This document shows positions 1-12,220 of a DNA stretch of 64,000 nt, piece after piece. Numbering within the stretch: position 1 is the first letter of the stretch; each line of letters starts with the position of its first letter. The notes under the pieces are model-generated. The model was given only the letters and a program-made list of their open reading frames with translations, made no database searches and was not told the origin of the DNA. The DNA is from Stegostoma tigrinum (taxonomy: Eukaryota), in NCBI RefSeq assembly GCF_030684315.1, contig NC_081370.1, positions 34,304,728 to 34,368,727 of the forward strand, written 5' to 3'. Both the position numbers and the translations under genes were made by a program.

Positions 1-260
1 TTACCAATCAGGCACACAGAACCTTTTTTTTTGGTTAGAGGAGGAGGATGGGTGGGAGACACTACCTGGGTAGTGTTTCGGGTAACGCAACCACGCAAAT
101 ATATTACCTCACTCACTCACCAGTCCCGTGTCGGCTCCTGCTCAGCGTACCTCCGCCTATTCACGAGGTAAGCTTTTTAAAGATTCAAAAACCGTGACTC
201 ACCGGCTTCCCGACAGGCTCCTGCTCCAAGCTCCTGCTTGCACTGCTTCTCAGGGGAACA
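1..260 (-). mobile_element. 5' UTR end of a CR1-type LINE continuing off the window
   Basis: 168-240 (ggtaagctttttaaagattcaaaa...actcaccggcttcccgacaggc...ccaagctcc) closely matches the 5' UTR monomers of the CR1 at 6918-7135. Confidence 0.7.
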
Positions 261-487
261 GGAGAATAATTACGGTCCACATGCAGTTCCTTGCGCCTGG
301 AAAAAGAACTGGTTGTCGAAGGTAAAAATGGTCGAGGATGACGCAGATGAGCTGGAGGATTACGTCTGGAAATTGGCAGGTGTTGATATTGAGTATAGAG
401 GCTGTTGCATTGAGGCCGTCATTGTTGGGGGTGCTGGTGTGTTATTCGACACTCCACTAAGGCTATTTGTATGATCTTTTGATCTCA

Positions 488-613
488 CTGCCTATAAATT
501 CTATGTCTGTATATTTCACCCACACTTCACCTGACAAAGGGGCTATTCTCTGAAAGCTTGTGATTTCAAATAAACCTGTTAGACCATAACCTGGTGACTT
601 GTGACTTCTGACT
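488..613 (+). mobile_element. decayed Penelope-like terminal fragment
   Basis: cctgacaaagg...ctctgaaagcttgtgatttcaaataaacctgtt resembles a mutated CTGANGA..GAAA terminal motif followed by AATAAA. Confidence 0.4.
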
Positions 614-804
614 TAAGTAAATTTGAGCATAACTTGTGCACAGTGTAGAGAAGGTGAGATTGCACCTATTGAGAACAAATAATCTCTTTTAAATGATGCA
701 ATTAATGGTGCTTTCAGTTCATAATTTGTGTCTAAACAAGAATGCACAGCAGAGAGTTGGGACAAATGTTTATATTGCATTTATGTTTTATTTTTATATC
801 ATAG

Positions 805-1227
805 TTCCATGTATAATTAGTGATATCAAGACACCGTTTGAAATCAGAGATGGTGTGGAAAGCCGTCTGAATTGGAAAGTTGCTGTAGTCAGCCCAGGAG
901 TGGTGACTATTGTTACATCGATCAAAAGGAAGCACGAAAAGGATGAAAAGAAATTATTTCACTGGCAATCTAAAGCGCCACAGTCAGGACCAAGGAGAGT
1001 AACTTTTCCCCTCAAAAGTCTATCAGGCTCATGTGAGAAAGATGATTCCTTCTGTGCAGAAGAGCCAGAATTACACCGCAGTTCTGACGGGACGTTCTTC
1101 ATTCCCTGCACAATTACAATGCATCCCAATGTATCCAAGGATGATGGTGCTGTGGTAACGATCAAAGTTGAACAGGATTCTATAGAGGAAACCTTGACTA
1201 AAAGCACGGTACTAAAAGTCACAGCAG
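805..1227 (+). CDS. internal exon, degenerate C1-set-like Ig domain, copy 1
   Basis: Pyrimidine-rich acceptor tttatatcatag|TT at 804/805 and donor CAG|GTAATT at 1227/1228; 423 nt, phase 1-1, open frame. DGTFFIPCTITMHPNVSKDDGAVVTIKVEQDSI matches the C1 pattern DGTF...F-strand-V-x-H-x-S-L, but the canonical Cys/Trp are replaced. Confidence 0.8.
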
Positions 1228-1452
1228 GTAATTTTGTACATTCCAAAAATATTTGTACACATGATGGTAAAAATGTGCTGCTAGATACTCTTGATACCAG
1301 CATAAAATGCTCTTAGAAGATGTTGTTTTCTATACCTACTGTGGGTAAATATGTTGACTCTTGTATGGATTTGAGGCATGGACTTGCACTGGATACAGGG
1401 TTTAAGTGAGAATGATTTGTGTTTTTAATCAGAACCATTCCATTTAACTGAA

Positions 1453-2405
1453 GAGAGATAATGGGAACTGCAGATGCTGGAGATCCAAGATAACAAAGTG
1501 TGAAGCTGGATGAACACAGCAGGCCAAGCAGCATCTCAGGAGCACAAAAGCTGACGTTTCGGGCCTAGACCCTTCATCAGAGAGGGTTCTGGAATAAATA
1601 GGGAGAGAGAGGGAGGCAGACCGAAGATGGAGAGAAAAGAAGATAGGTGGAGAGAGTATAGGTGGGGAGGTAGGGAGGGGATAGGTCAGTCCAGGGAGAT
1701 CGGACAGGTCAAGGAGGCGGGATGAGGTTAGTAGGTGGGAAATGGAGGTGTGGCTTGAGGTGGGTGGAGGGGATAGGTGAGAGGAAGAACAGGTTAGGGA
1801 GGTGGGAATAGCTGGGCTGGTTTTGAGATGCATTGGGGGGAAGGGACGAGCTGGGCTGGTTTTGGGATGCAGTGGGGGAAGGGGAGATTTTGAAGCTTGT
1901 GAAGTCCACATTGATACCATTGGGCTGCAGGGTTCCCAAGCGGAATATGAGTTGCTGTTCCTGTAACCTTCGGGTGGCATCATTGTGGCACTGCAGGAGG
2001 CCTATGATAGACATGTCGTCTAAGGAATGGGAGGGGGAGTTAAAATGGCTCACGACTGGGGCGTGCAGTTGTTTATTGCGAACCAAGCGGAGGTGTTCTG
2101 CAAAGTGGTCCCCAAGCCTCCACTTGGTTTCCCCAATGTAGAGGAAGCCACACTGGGTACAGTGGATACAGTATACCACATTGGCACATTTGCAGGTGAA
2201 CATCTGCTTAATATGGAAAGTCATCTTGGGGCCTGGGACGAGGGTGAGGGAGGAGGTGTGGGGGAAAGTGTAGCACTTCCTGCGGTTGCAGGGGAAGGTG
2301 CTGGGTGTGGTGGGGTTGGAGGGGAGTGTGGAGCGAACAAGGGAGTCACGGAGAGAGTGGTCTCTCCGGAAGGCAGACAAGGGTGGGGATGGAAAAATGT
2401 CTTGG
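1453..2405 (-). mobile_element. 5'-truncated Penelope-like retroelement (Neptune-type; GIY-YIG endonuclease + terminal repeat)
   Basis: ORF 1709-2470 has CNRRKCY and VVYCIHC..CGFLYIGETK..LGD.F.EH (GIY-YIG with CCHH). It is absent from the paralogous intron (about 20055-20075 reads through as gaactgaaagcactttttg). Confidence 0.9.
1553..1580 (-). ncRNA. minimal hammerhead ribozyme core in PLE terminal repeat
   Basis: Minus strand reads CTGATGA-A-GGGT(CTAG)GCCC-GAAAC-GTC: conserved core, helix II, palindromic ACGT in place of helix III, GUC cleavage triplet. Confidence 0.7.
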
Positions 2406-3046
2406 ACACTTTTTGTAGCCCTTTTGCAAGTACAGGAGGCAATTAGGAGAGCACAGAGATGGGAGAACAAGAATAAGAATTTTCTGAAGTGGAGTCCCGA
2501 CCCGAAACGTCAACAGTCCTGCTCCTCTGATGCAGCTTAGCCTGCTATCTTCCTCCAGCTCCACACTGTGTTATTTCTGACTCTAGCATCTGTAGTTCTT
2601 GCTGTGTCTAAGAAAATTCTTCTCTAGTTGTGCAGATCTTTTGAATCCTCTCAAAGAAAAGTAGAACTTGCAAGAAAAACCCAGCAGATCTGACATCATC
2701 TGTGGAGATAAATCAGAGTTAATGTTTTGAGTCCAGTGACCCCTCTTCAGAATGGAATTCTCTTTTAGAACATAGAACATAGAGCATTGAACATAGAACA
2801 TAGAAAAGTACAGCACAATACAGGCCCTTCGGCCCACGATGTTGTGCCGTGGAATAATCCTTATCCAAAAATAAAGTAACCTAATCTACATTCCCCTCAA
2901 TTCACTGCTGTCCATGTGCATGTCCAGCAGTCGCTTAAATGTCACTAATGACTCCGCTTCCACGACTACCACTGGTAAACTATTCCATGCGCTCACAACT
3001 CTCTGGGTGAAGAACCTCCCTCTGACATCTCCTGTATACCTTCCTC

Positions 3047-5738
3047 CTAACACCTTAAAAGTATGACCCCTCTGGCAGTCAATCTTGCCCTGGGGAAAAG
3101 TCTCTGGCTATCAACTCTATCCATGCCTCTCATTACCTTGTACACCTTGATCAGGTCACCTCTCTTCCTCCTTCTCTCCAGAGAGAAAAGTCCGAGCTCA
3201 GTCAACCTCTCCTCATAAGACAAGCCCTCTAGCCCAGGCAGCATCCTGGTAAACCTCCTTTGCACCCTCTCCAAAGCCTCCACATCTTTCCTATAATAGG
3301 GCGACCAGATCTGGACACAATATTCCAAGTGTGGTCTCACCAGGGTTTTGTAGAGCTGCAGCATAACCTCACGGCTCTTAAACTCGATCCCCCGTTAATG
3401 AAAGCCAAAACACCATATGCTTTCTTAACAACCTTATCCACCTGGGTGGCAACTTTGAGGGAGCTACTTGAACACCAAGATCCTGCTGTTCCTCCACACT
3501 GCCGAGAATCCTGCCTTTAATCCTGTATTCAGCATTTAAGTTTGACCTTCCAAAATGCATCACTTCGCATTTATCCAGGGTGAACTCCATCTGCCATTTC
3601 TCAGCCCAGCTCTGCATTCTGTCAATGTCTCGCTGAAGCCTACAATAGCCCTCGATACTATCAACGGCACCTCCAACCTTTGTGTCATCAGCAAACATAC
3701 TAACCCACCCCTCAACCTCCTCATCCAAGTCATTTATAAAAACTACAAAGAGCAGAGGCCCAAGAACAGAGCCCTGCGGGACACCACTCAGCACTGACTT
3801 CCAGGCAGAATACTTACCATCTACAAGCATTCTCTGCCTCCTGTCAGCCAAGCAATTCTGAATCCAGACAGCCAAATCACCCTGTATCCCATACCTCCTG
3901 ACTTTATGAATGACCCTACCATGGGGAACATTATCAAATGCTTTGCTGAAGTCCATATACACCACATCCACTGCTCGACCGTTGTCAACCTGTCTCATGA
4001 CTTCCTCAAAGAACTCAACAAGATTTTTAAGGCATGACCTGCCCCTCACAAAGCCATGCTGACTCCCTTTAATCACGCTATGCTTTTCCAAATAGTCATA
4101 AATCCTATCCCTCAGAATTCTTTCCAAAACCTTGCTGACCACAGACGTAAGACTGACTGGTCTGTACTTTCCAGGGATTTCCCTATTCCCTTTCTTGAAA
4201 AGAGGAACAACATTTCTCTCCCTCGAATCTTCCGGTATGACTCCCGTGGAGAGTGAGGAAGCAAAGATCTTCACCAGCGGCTTAGCAACCTCCTTTCTCA
4301 CTTCCTGGAGCAACCTAGGATAAATCTGGTCTGGCCCTGGGGACTTATCAATCTTAATGTTTGCAAAATTTCCAGCACATCAACTTCCTCAGTCTTTATC
4401 TGTTCAAGCCTGTTTTCCTGCTCCTCAAAGTTCTCATTCACAACAAGGTCCCTTTCCTTAGTGAAAACTGAAGCAAAAAACTCATTTAGGGCTTCCCCTA
4501 TCTGCTCAGACTCCACACACAAGTTCCCTACGCTATCCCTGATCAGCCCTACCTTCTCCCTGATCATTCTCTTATTCCTCACGTGTGAGTCAAATGCCTT
4601 CGGGTTCTCCCTAATCCTTCCTTTTTTTGTGCCCCCTCCTGGCCGCCCTCAATCCACTTTTGAGCTCCTTCCAAGAAAGCCTGTAATCCTCGAAAGCTGT
4701 GGTTGACCCTTGCTTCCTCCACCTTACGTACGCTGCCTTTTTCTTTTTGACAAGAAGCACCTCTGTACCCATCGTCCAAGGTTCCTTAATCTTACCCCTT
4801 CTTACCTGTCTCAGAGGAACAAATTTATATATCACTCGCAACAACTGCTCCTTAAACAGCCTCCACATGTCTGCCGTACCCTTTCTGTGGAACAATTGCT
4901 CCCAATCTGTACTTCCCAACTCCTGTCTGATAGCGTCATAGTTTCCTTTACCCCAATTAAATATCTTTCCCTGGTAACTGCTCCTATCCCTTTCTATGGC
5001 TATGGTAAATGTGAGGCTGTTGTGGTCACTGTCGCCAAAGTGTTCTCCCACCACGAGATCTGACACCTGTCCTGGCTCATTGCCGAGCACCAAATCCAAA
5101 ATGGCCTCTCCCCTCATCGGCCTGTCCACATACTGAGTAAGGAAACCCTCCTGAACACACCTGACAAAAACGGCTCCAACCAAACCATCTGCACTAAGGA
5201 GGTTCCAATCTATATTGGGAAAGTTGAAGTCACCCATATCAACAACCCTGCTACGTTTGCACTTTCCAACAATCTGCCAGCCTATGAGTCCTTCGATCTC
5301 CCTAATGCTATTTGGGGGTCTGTAGAAAACCCCCAGTAAGGTGACTGCTCCCTTGCTGTTCCTAACTTCCACCCATACTGACTTAGTCGACAAACCTTCC
5401 TCGGCAACCTCAGCCCATACCACCTCTGAAGACGAGTCCTCATCAAAAGTTCTTTCAGCCACCATTATACTGTCCTTGACCAACAAAGCCACACCTCCCC
5501 CTCTTTTACCACCTTCCCTGACCTTAATGAAAGATCTAAACCCTGGAACCTGCAACATCCATTCCTGACCCTGCTCTATCCATGTCTTCGAAATGGCCAC
5601 AACATCGAAGTCCAAGGTACCTATCCAAGCTGTAAGCTCACCTACCTTATTCCGGATACTCCTGGCATTAAAGTAGACACACTTCAATCCAGCTTGCTGT
5701 CTGCCAGCACACTCCTGTGACAGTGAGGTCCTGACCAT
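3047..5738 (-). pseudogene. CR1 ORF2 (APE endonuclease + reverse transcriptase), frameshifted
   Basis: YFNARSI, GGGVA, YRPP, GDFN, LDLV, SDH (APE); YRPVSLTS, QHGF, DFSKAFD, GVPQGSVLGP, FADD (RT); split over several ORFs. Confidence 0.9.
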
Positions 5739-5803
5739 GTCCTCCCTACACTCATCCTCCTGTGTACTAGGACTACATCTCAGTTTCCCATCCCCCTTCT
5801 GAG

Positions 5804-6718
5804 CTAGTTTAAATCCACCCGAATAGCACTAGCAAATTTCCCACCCAGGATATTAGTGCCCCTCTGGTTCAAGTGGAGACCGTCCTGTTTGTAGAGGTCC
5901 CACCTTCCCCAAAATGAGCCCCAATTGTCCATGTACCTGAAGCCCTCCCTCCTGCACCATCCCTGCAGCCATGCGTTCAGCTGAAATCTCTCCCTGTTCT
6001 TTGCCTCACTATCACGTGGCACGGGTAACAAACCAGAGATAACCACTCTGTTTGTTCTAGCTCTCAGCTTCCACCCTAGCTCCCTGAATTCCTGCCTGAC
6101 ATCCCTATCCCTCTTTCTACCTGTGTCATTGGTGTCTATGTGGACCACGACTTGGGGCTGGTCACCCTCTCCCTTCAGGACCCCAAAGACACGATCTGAG
6201 ACATCACGGACCCTGGCACCTGGGAGGCAACACACCAACCATGAGTCTCTTTTGTTCCCGGCAAACCTTCTATCAGTCCCTCTTACTATTGAGTCCCCAA
6301 TGACTATCACTCTCTTCCTATCCCCCCTTCCCTTCTGTGCAAGAGGGACAGACTCTGTGCCAGAGACCTTCACCCTACTGCATGCCCCTGGTAAGTCCCC
6401 CCCCCCAACAGTATCCAAAATGGTATACTTGTTTTTCAGGGGAACGACCACAGGGGATCCCTGCTTTTTCCTCCTTCTAACAGTTACCCAGCTTTCTTCA
6501 CGCTTAGGAATAACTACTTCCCTGAAACTCTTGTCTATCACTGACTCTGCCTCCCGAATGATCCGAAGTTCATTCAGCTCCCACTCCAGTTCCCTAACGC
6601 GGTCTCGGAGGAGCAAGAGTTGGGTGCACTTCCTGCAGATGTATTTGGATGGGACACTTATGGCGTCCCTCACCTCATACATCATGCAGGAGGAACATTC
6701 CTCCACCCGCACTGCCAT
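5804..6718 (-). CDS. CR1 ORF1p: zinc finger/leucine zipper + SGNH esterase domain
   Basis: 304-aa ATG-initiated ORF with CxxC...CxxC, a heptad Leu stretch, VIGDSIVRG, CCLPGA and DGLHLN. Confidence 0.85.
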   Translation of the reverse strand: MAVRVEECSSCMMYEVRDAISVPSKYICRKCTQLLLLRDRVRELEWELNELRIIREAESVIDKSFREVVIPKREESWVTVRRRKKQGSPVVVPLKNKYTILDTVGGGDLPGACSRVKVSGTESVPLAQKGRGDRKRVIVIGDSIVRGTDRRFAGNKRDSWLVCCLPGARVRDVSDRVFGVLKGEGDQPQVVVHIDTNDTGRKRDRDVRQEFRELGWKLRARTNRVVISGLLPVPRDSEAKNRERFQLNAWLQGWCRREGFRYMDNWGSFWGRWDLYKQDGLHLNQRGTNILGGKFASAIRVDLN

Positions 6719-6917
6719 CCCTGCTAATCCCTAAACAGAAAGTAAAAAAACAAGAGAAGCTTACCTTGATTTGTCCCTCGTGTGTAAGGTTAGAGGAGGT
6801 GGATGGGTGGGAGGCCCTACGAGGGCTCGGGTTTACACAATGATCACTTATAGCTGAGGGATGAAATAAAAGGTCACTCCCTTCCCAGAAACCTCTGCTC
6901 CAAGGTGCTGCTGATCA

Positions 6918-7135
6918 AGGTAAGCTTTTTAAAGATTTAAAATCTCTGACTCACCGGATTCCTGACAGGCCCCTGTTCCAAGCTCCCGCTCGCGCTGCTG
7001 CTGCTGCAACCAGAAATGGAAGGCTCCGACGCTCGAGGTAGGCTTTTTAAAGATTCAAAATCTCTGACTCACCGGCTTCCCGACAGGCCCCTGGTCCAAG
7101 CTCCCTCTTGCGCCGCTGCTGCAACTAGAAATCCA
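6918..7135 (-). repeat. tandem ~118-bp monomers in the CR1 5' UTR
   Basis: 6918-7035 and 7036-7135 are near-identical direct repeats. Confidence 0.8.
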
Positions 7136-7480
7136 TGTGCAGAGGTGCAGAGATGCAGAGATATGGCAAAATTTGTTAGATGCATCTGTGAGGGCTTCTT
7201 GAGAAACAGAATGTGGAACCAGGGAAGGAGCCGTACTAGAACTTGCATTGGGGAGTGAGTCCGGCCAGGTGACTGAAGCTTCAGTGGGAGAGCATTTTGG
7301 GAACAGTGATCATATAATACCACAATTTTTCATATGGTTATGGATAAGGACAAGGCCACTCAATATTCTGTAAATTTCAATCAGATCCCATCATTCTTTT
7401 GAACTTCAAGTACAGACCCAGAATCCTCAACCACTTCTCATGACAAGCCCTTCATCCCTGAGATCATTCTTGTAAATCTA

Positions 7481-8345
7481 CTTTCTCTGAACTCTATCTA
7501 CAAGTTTACTGACAACGGCAGAATTGTGGGCCAGATATCAAATAATGACAAAGTCAGAATACAGGAAAGAGATAGAATGCTTGGTGGCAAGATGCAGAGA
7601 GAACAACTTTTCCCTCACTGTCAGCAAAACTAAAGAGCTGATCATTGGCTTAAGGAAGCAGGATGGAGGAGGGCATCTACATGAAAGGAGCTGAAGTGGA
7701 AATGGTCAAGAGCATCAAGTTCCTATGGGTGACAGTTGCCAATAATCTACCCTGGATCACCCACATCGATGCACTGGTCAAGAAGGCACAACAATGCCTC
7801 TTCTTCCTCAGGAGGCTAAGGAAATTTGATATATCCATAAGGACTCTCACCAATTTTTATAGACGCACCATAGAGAGCTTTCTATCTGAATGTATCACGG
7901 CCTGCTACGGCAACTACACAGGACTGTAGGAAACTACAAAGAGTTGTGAACACAGCCCAGTCCATCATGCAAGTGAGCCTTCCATCCATTGACTCCATCT
8001 ACACTTCTTGCTGACTCAGAAAGGCTGCCAACATCATCAAAGACCCCTCGCCCGTTGGTTATAAACTTGTCGAACCTCTTCCATCAGGCAGAAGATACAA
8101 AAGCTTAAATAAACATACCAACAGGTTCCCTGCTGTTGTTAGACTTCTGAATGGACCTCTCAAATTTCAAGACAAATGTTGATCTTACTTTTGTGCACCT
8201 TCTTTGCAGCTGTAACTTTGTATTACTCATTCTGCTCTATCGCCCTATGATCTTTGTACGGTACGGTCTGCCCGCACTGCACACAAAGCCAAAACTTTTC
8301 ACTGTCGCCACATACATGTGAGAATAATAAAATCAAATCAAATCA
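7481..8345 (+). mobile_element. 5'-truncated Rex1/Babar-like LINE
   Basis: ORF 7663-7929 IKFL.VT..NNL.W..HID..VKKAQQ.LFFLRRLRKF...TL.NFYR.TIES is typical of the Rex1 RT C-terminus; 3' tail aataaaatcaaatcaaatcaa. Confidence 0.75.
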
Positions 8346-8917
8346 ATTTCTCTGGACCCCGTCCAACATTAGCACATGATCTGAGGCTTAAACTTCTCAC
8401 AATATTACAAATACAGTCTGACCTGGGTCTAATACAGCGTCAGCAGTACGTCTCTGCTCTTGTATTCTGGCCATCTTGAAATGAGTGCCAGCATGAAATT
8501 TACCTTTCAAACTAACAGCACAACTTGCACACTCATGTCAAGATAATCCTGAAGTAGGACTCCCAAGTCCCATCGTGCTTTCTGAAGCTTTTCACCATTT
8601 AGAAAATTACATCCTGCCTCTATCCTTTGAACCAAAGCACATGAACTTCACCCTTTGTGTTCAATCTGCCACCACTTTGCTCATTATCCAAGCCTGTCCA
8701 AGTCCTTCTGCAGCCTCCCTGCCTCCTTAAAATTACCTGCACCTCCACCTATCTTTGTATCATCTGCAAACTTAGCAACAATGCCCTCAATTCTTTCATC
8801 TAGATTGTTAATGTATAACATGAATAGTTGTGTTCGCAACACTAACACTGCAGAACTCGACTAGTGACTGGCTGCTATCCTGATTCGGATCACTTTATCC
8901 TCACTGCCGGTATTCTG
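8346..8917 (-). mobile_element. degraded CR1 RT fragment
   Basis: Minus strand carries FADDTKIGG (tttgtatcatctgcaaactt) and other CR1 RT C-terminal motifs. Confidence 0.7.
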
Positions 8918-9199
8918 TTAACCTTTTGGTGTCTTTATACATATGCAGTGGATGTTATTCTCTCCATCCCTCTTCAAGACACAGGGACAGGTTAACTGAC
9001 TTTGCACTGACTTCACTACTTGAAGCTGCAAAAGTAGCTTAAAATTTCTTTCCCACTCTGATGGTATGAACATATTTTGCAGAAAAAAAAGAAGTCTGTT
9101 CTGCTGGAATGGATCTTTTCTTGTGGCCTCAACCTGCTTGTGGCCCCTGATCATCTGTCTTGCTGTAGTTCATAAAAATTCAGGACAGCAAGAAGAAGA

Positions 9200-10141
9200 A
9201 TTTAGCTTACAAGTCTAATTGTTGAGTCTCATGATTTCTTGGAAAGGCTGTCATTTTTCCAAATGGAATTACAACTATTACTTTCAAAAGCAGGTCAGAC
9301 TTCCTCATAACTTTGAAAACTTAAATCCAATTTACATTCATGATTCATACTTTTCACTTTCAAACACTGCATTGAACCTGATCATGTTATGCTCACTATT
9401 TAATAAATGTTCACACACAATTACGGTACTAATTACAGCCAGCTCATTACTTGTCACTAAATCTAATATTCCATCCAGGGCACGTCGCTGTAGGAAGCTA
9501 TCCCAGTCAATTTCCAGAAATTTACCACCATTCTGACAGGTCCTTTTCTGACTTTCCCAATCCCCCATTAAAATTGCTGTGCTTTGCTACACATGTGACT
9601 AATCTCAGCATTTATACAATCTAGCACTTCAGAGCTACCGAAGAAGGTCTGAACACAATATCTGTAAGGTTCAGATTCTTTACTCTTTCTCAGTTCCACC
9701 GTACAATATCCACTGAATGCTCCTCCCTCAATATTCCTCTCTCCCCACTTGAAGTAATTTTGCTTCTAATCTGTAAGGGTCCTCTACATCTCTGCCATTT
9801 TCCCATCTGTCGTATAAAACTTATGACCTGGTATATTTAGTTCCTATTCCCCACCATCGTACAGCCGTGTTTTAGTTCTCTCCATTACATCAGAATCTGT
9901 ATTTCTGAACTGTGCTTGCAGCTCGGTTAATTTATTCCTTATCCGCTGTCCATTCATGTAATAAATTCTGATTTGGATGGTGCACTGTCACCTGTCCCTC
10001 AGTACTGATACTTAATTCACCTGTATATTATTTCATTCTTCCAGTTTAAGCAACAGACTTCTTGTTGTTTTGCCATTAGCTACCATTCATGAAGTAGGAT
10101 TCCTGACTGTTTCTTTACTCTCTGTCATGTTACTTGAAAGT

Positions 10142-10225
<84 letters not shown>

Positions 10226-10750
10226 ACCCCCTACTGTCATGTGCTATAATGCCGGATAAGACATTGATCCTAGGCTGGTTCACATGCAGCCCATCCCACC
10301 AGTACAGTTCATTCCCACCCCAATACTGAGGCCCATGCCCCATGCAATGAAATCCCTGTTTCCTGTCTTGCTCTTTCAGCCATACGTTTACTTCCATAAT
10401 TATTTTATCTCTATACCATTTTATACGTAGCTCAACTAATGATCCAGAGGTTATATCCCTTGACAACTGGATCCTCCCTGTCTCACTCCAGTATCCTTTC
10501 AATATCATGCTTTGGGTAGTCTCTTACTTTGGCACCAAGCAGGCCACACACCATGTGTGATACTGTATCTTGCCTACAACGGATGTTATCTGTACCCCTT
10601 GTTATAGAATACACTGCCACTACCACTTCTTGCTCTTGTTTGAATAGCCTCTTGTACCATGGTGCAGTCATCAGGTTGGCCATCCTCCTGACATTCCTTT
10701 ACCTTATCTGTACAGGGAGCAAGTACCTCGTACCTGTTGAACAAGATAGT
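9200..10750 (-). mobile_element. old CR1 remnant (APE and ORF1 esterase parts)
   Basis: ILDLV..NE...EHL.NSEHN.I.F (APE) and WDGLHVN / CGLLGAKVRD (esterase) motifs in minus-strand ORFs. Confidence 0.65.
10143..10224. repeat. (CA)n microsatellite, about 41 units
   Basis: perfect AC dinucleotide run. Confidence 0.97.
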
Positions 10751-11204
10751 CACCATACGAGTGATTTAGATAGTTAACAGATGAGTTTGGTAAGATGCAG
10801 CAAGAAGACAGGCTTGGCCACATAGCGAGAACCCCACCTTGAAACTGAAAGTGACAATAAACCAAAAAAACTTACGGTTCAGCCAACATGTTTTGACCAA
10901 CCCATGTTGACCCGGGTATTTGTCAATTTCATGCTCAGTGCGTAATAAACCAGATATAATTTAGACAAAAGAGACCCAAGGTAATCCTGAAACACAGACA
11001 TAGAATGCTGGAGAAAACTAACACTCATCCATGTTTTTGTCATCGATACGTTTGACTGTTCTAGTGTATTTTTATCCAGCTTCCAATCTTACACCTCCTT
11101 GAAATGTAAACTCAGCAAAATTGCTCCGTTCTTAACTCTCACCAGTATCCGTTTGCTCAATGCCCCAGTGCTTATGTTTGGCTACAAGCCCGGTAATTTT
11201 AAAC

Positions 11205-12220
11205 TCAAAACAAAGATGCTGGAGATTACAGCAGGTCAAGCAGCATCCACAGAAAGAAAGCAACCTATCATTTCAAGTCTAGATAACGCTTCATCAGAGC
11301 TGAAGTGAAGTGTGGAGGCATTTCAGACATTCCCTCATTCACCATGTCTGCACTTTGCAGGGATTATCCCCTCTGGGACACCCAGGTCCCATTCATCGCC
11401 CACGAACACCGATCCCTTCCCACAGCATCTTCTCATGTAACCACAGAAGGTGCAACACCTGCCCCTTCATCTTCTCCCTGCTCACTATCCAAAGGCTCAA
11501 ACAGACTTTCCAGGTGATGTAGTATTTCCCTTGTACCTCCTCCAATCTTGTGTATTGTATTTGCTGCACTCAATGTGGCCCACTCCACAGTGGAGAAGCC
11601 AAACGCAGACTGTGTGATTGCATGATCACTTTGCAGAACACCTTCAGTCTGTATACAAGCATGAGCCCAATATTGCCAAAGCAGGGCATTTTAACACAGT
11701 GTCCTGCTAGCATACCCACTTGTCTGTTCTCAGCATGTTGCAGTGTTCCAGAAAATTACCGACCAAACTGAAGGAACTTCATGTCATCTTCACACTAGAC
11801 AGTTTACAACCTCTGGGCTCAAGATTGATGTCAACACCTTCAAATTGTGAAGGTATTCCTTGCCTCTTATTTAATTTTGCTTGTTACATTCTCTGTCATC
11901 ATCTCTCCCTTCCATCACACCCCAGTGGGACTGTCTGTTATTTTCAATCTGGCAATTATTTAGACCTTTGGTCAGCCATTCTCACATTCTGATCACTTAT
12001 TCTGATTCATCAACATCCTGTTTCCCCTAGACCTCCAAACCTACCCCCTCGCACGCTTGCATGAATTCTATCCTGTCCACACTTCACTCCACTTCTGATC
12101 AAGAGTTACCTAGACTCGAAAAGTTAGTTTGCTTTCACTCCATGCATGCTGCCTGGTGTGCTGTGATCTCCACCGATTTTTTTGTTTTCATTTCAGATTC
12201 CGGCATCTGCAGTAATTGGC
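11205..12220 (+). mobile_element. degraded Penelope-like element with inverted terminal segment
   Basis: CNHRRCNTCP and YCICCTQCG.LHSGE.KRRL motifs; 11205-11300 is an inverted copy of about 12095-12190. Confidence 0.7.

Larger units (their letters stand above)
2766..7135 (-). mobile_element. near-full-length CR1 LINE
   Basis: (TTCTATG)n 3' tail at 2766-2806, RT, APE, esterase ORF1 and monomeric 5' UTR. The flanks join up in the paralogous empty intron at about 20270-20310. Confidence 0.92.

Noticed and set aside
693-1316. 207-aa ORF (and 19323-19922, 30929-31570) as a single-exon gene with an N-terminal hydrophobic segment
   Set aside because: The hydrophobic stretch (FMFYFYII) is the translated polypyrimidine tract. 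Splice sites define an internal exon, and the post-donor parts differ in frame between copies.
1444-1983. Pro/Ser-rich ORFs and recurrent LLRCCLACCVHPASHF peptides
   Set aside because: Alternative-frame readings of the PLE C-rich 3' region and terminal repeat
10125-10508. ORF with a CVCVCV run
   Set aside because: Translation of a (TG)n microsatellite inside a CR1 remnant
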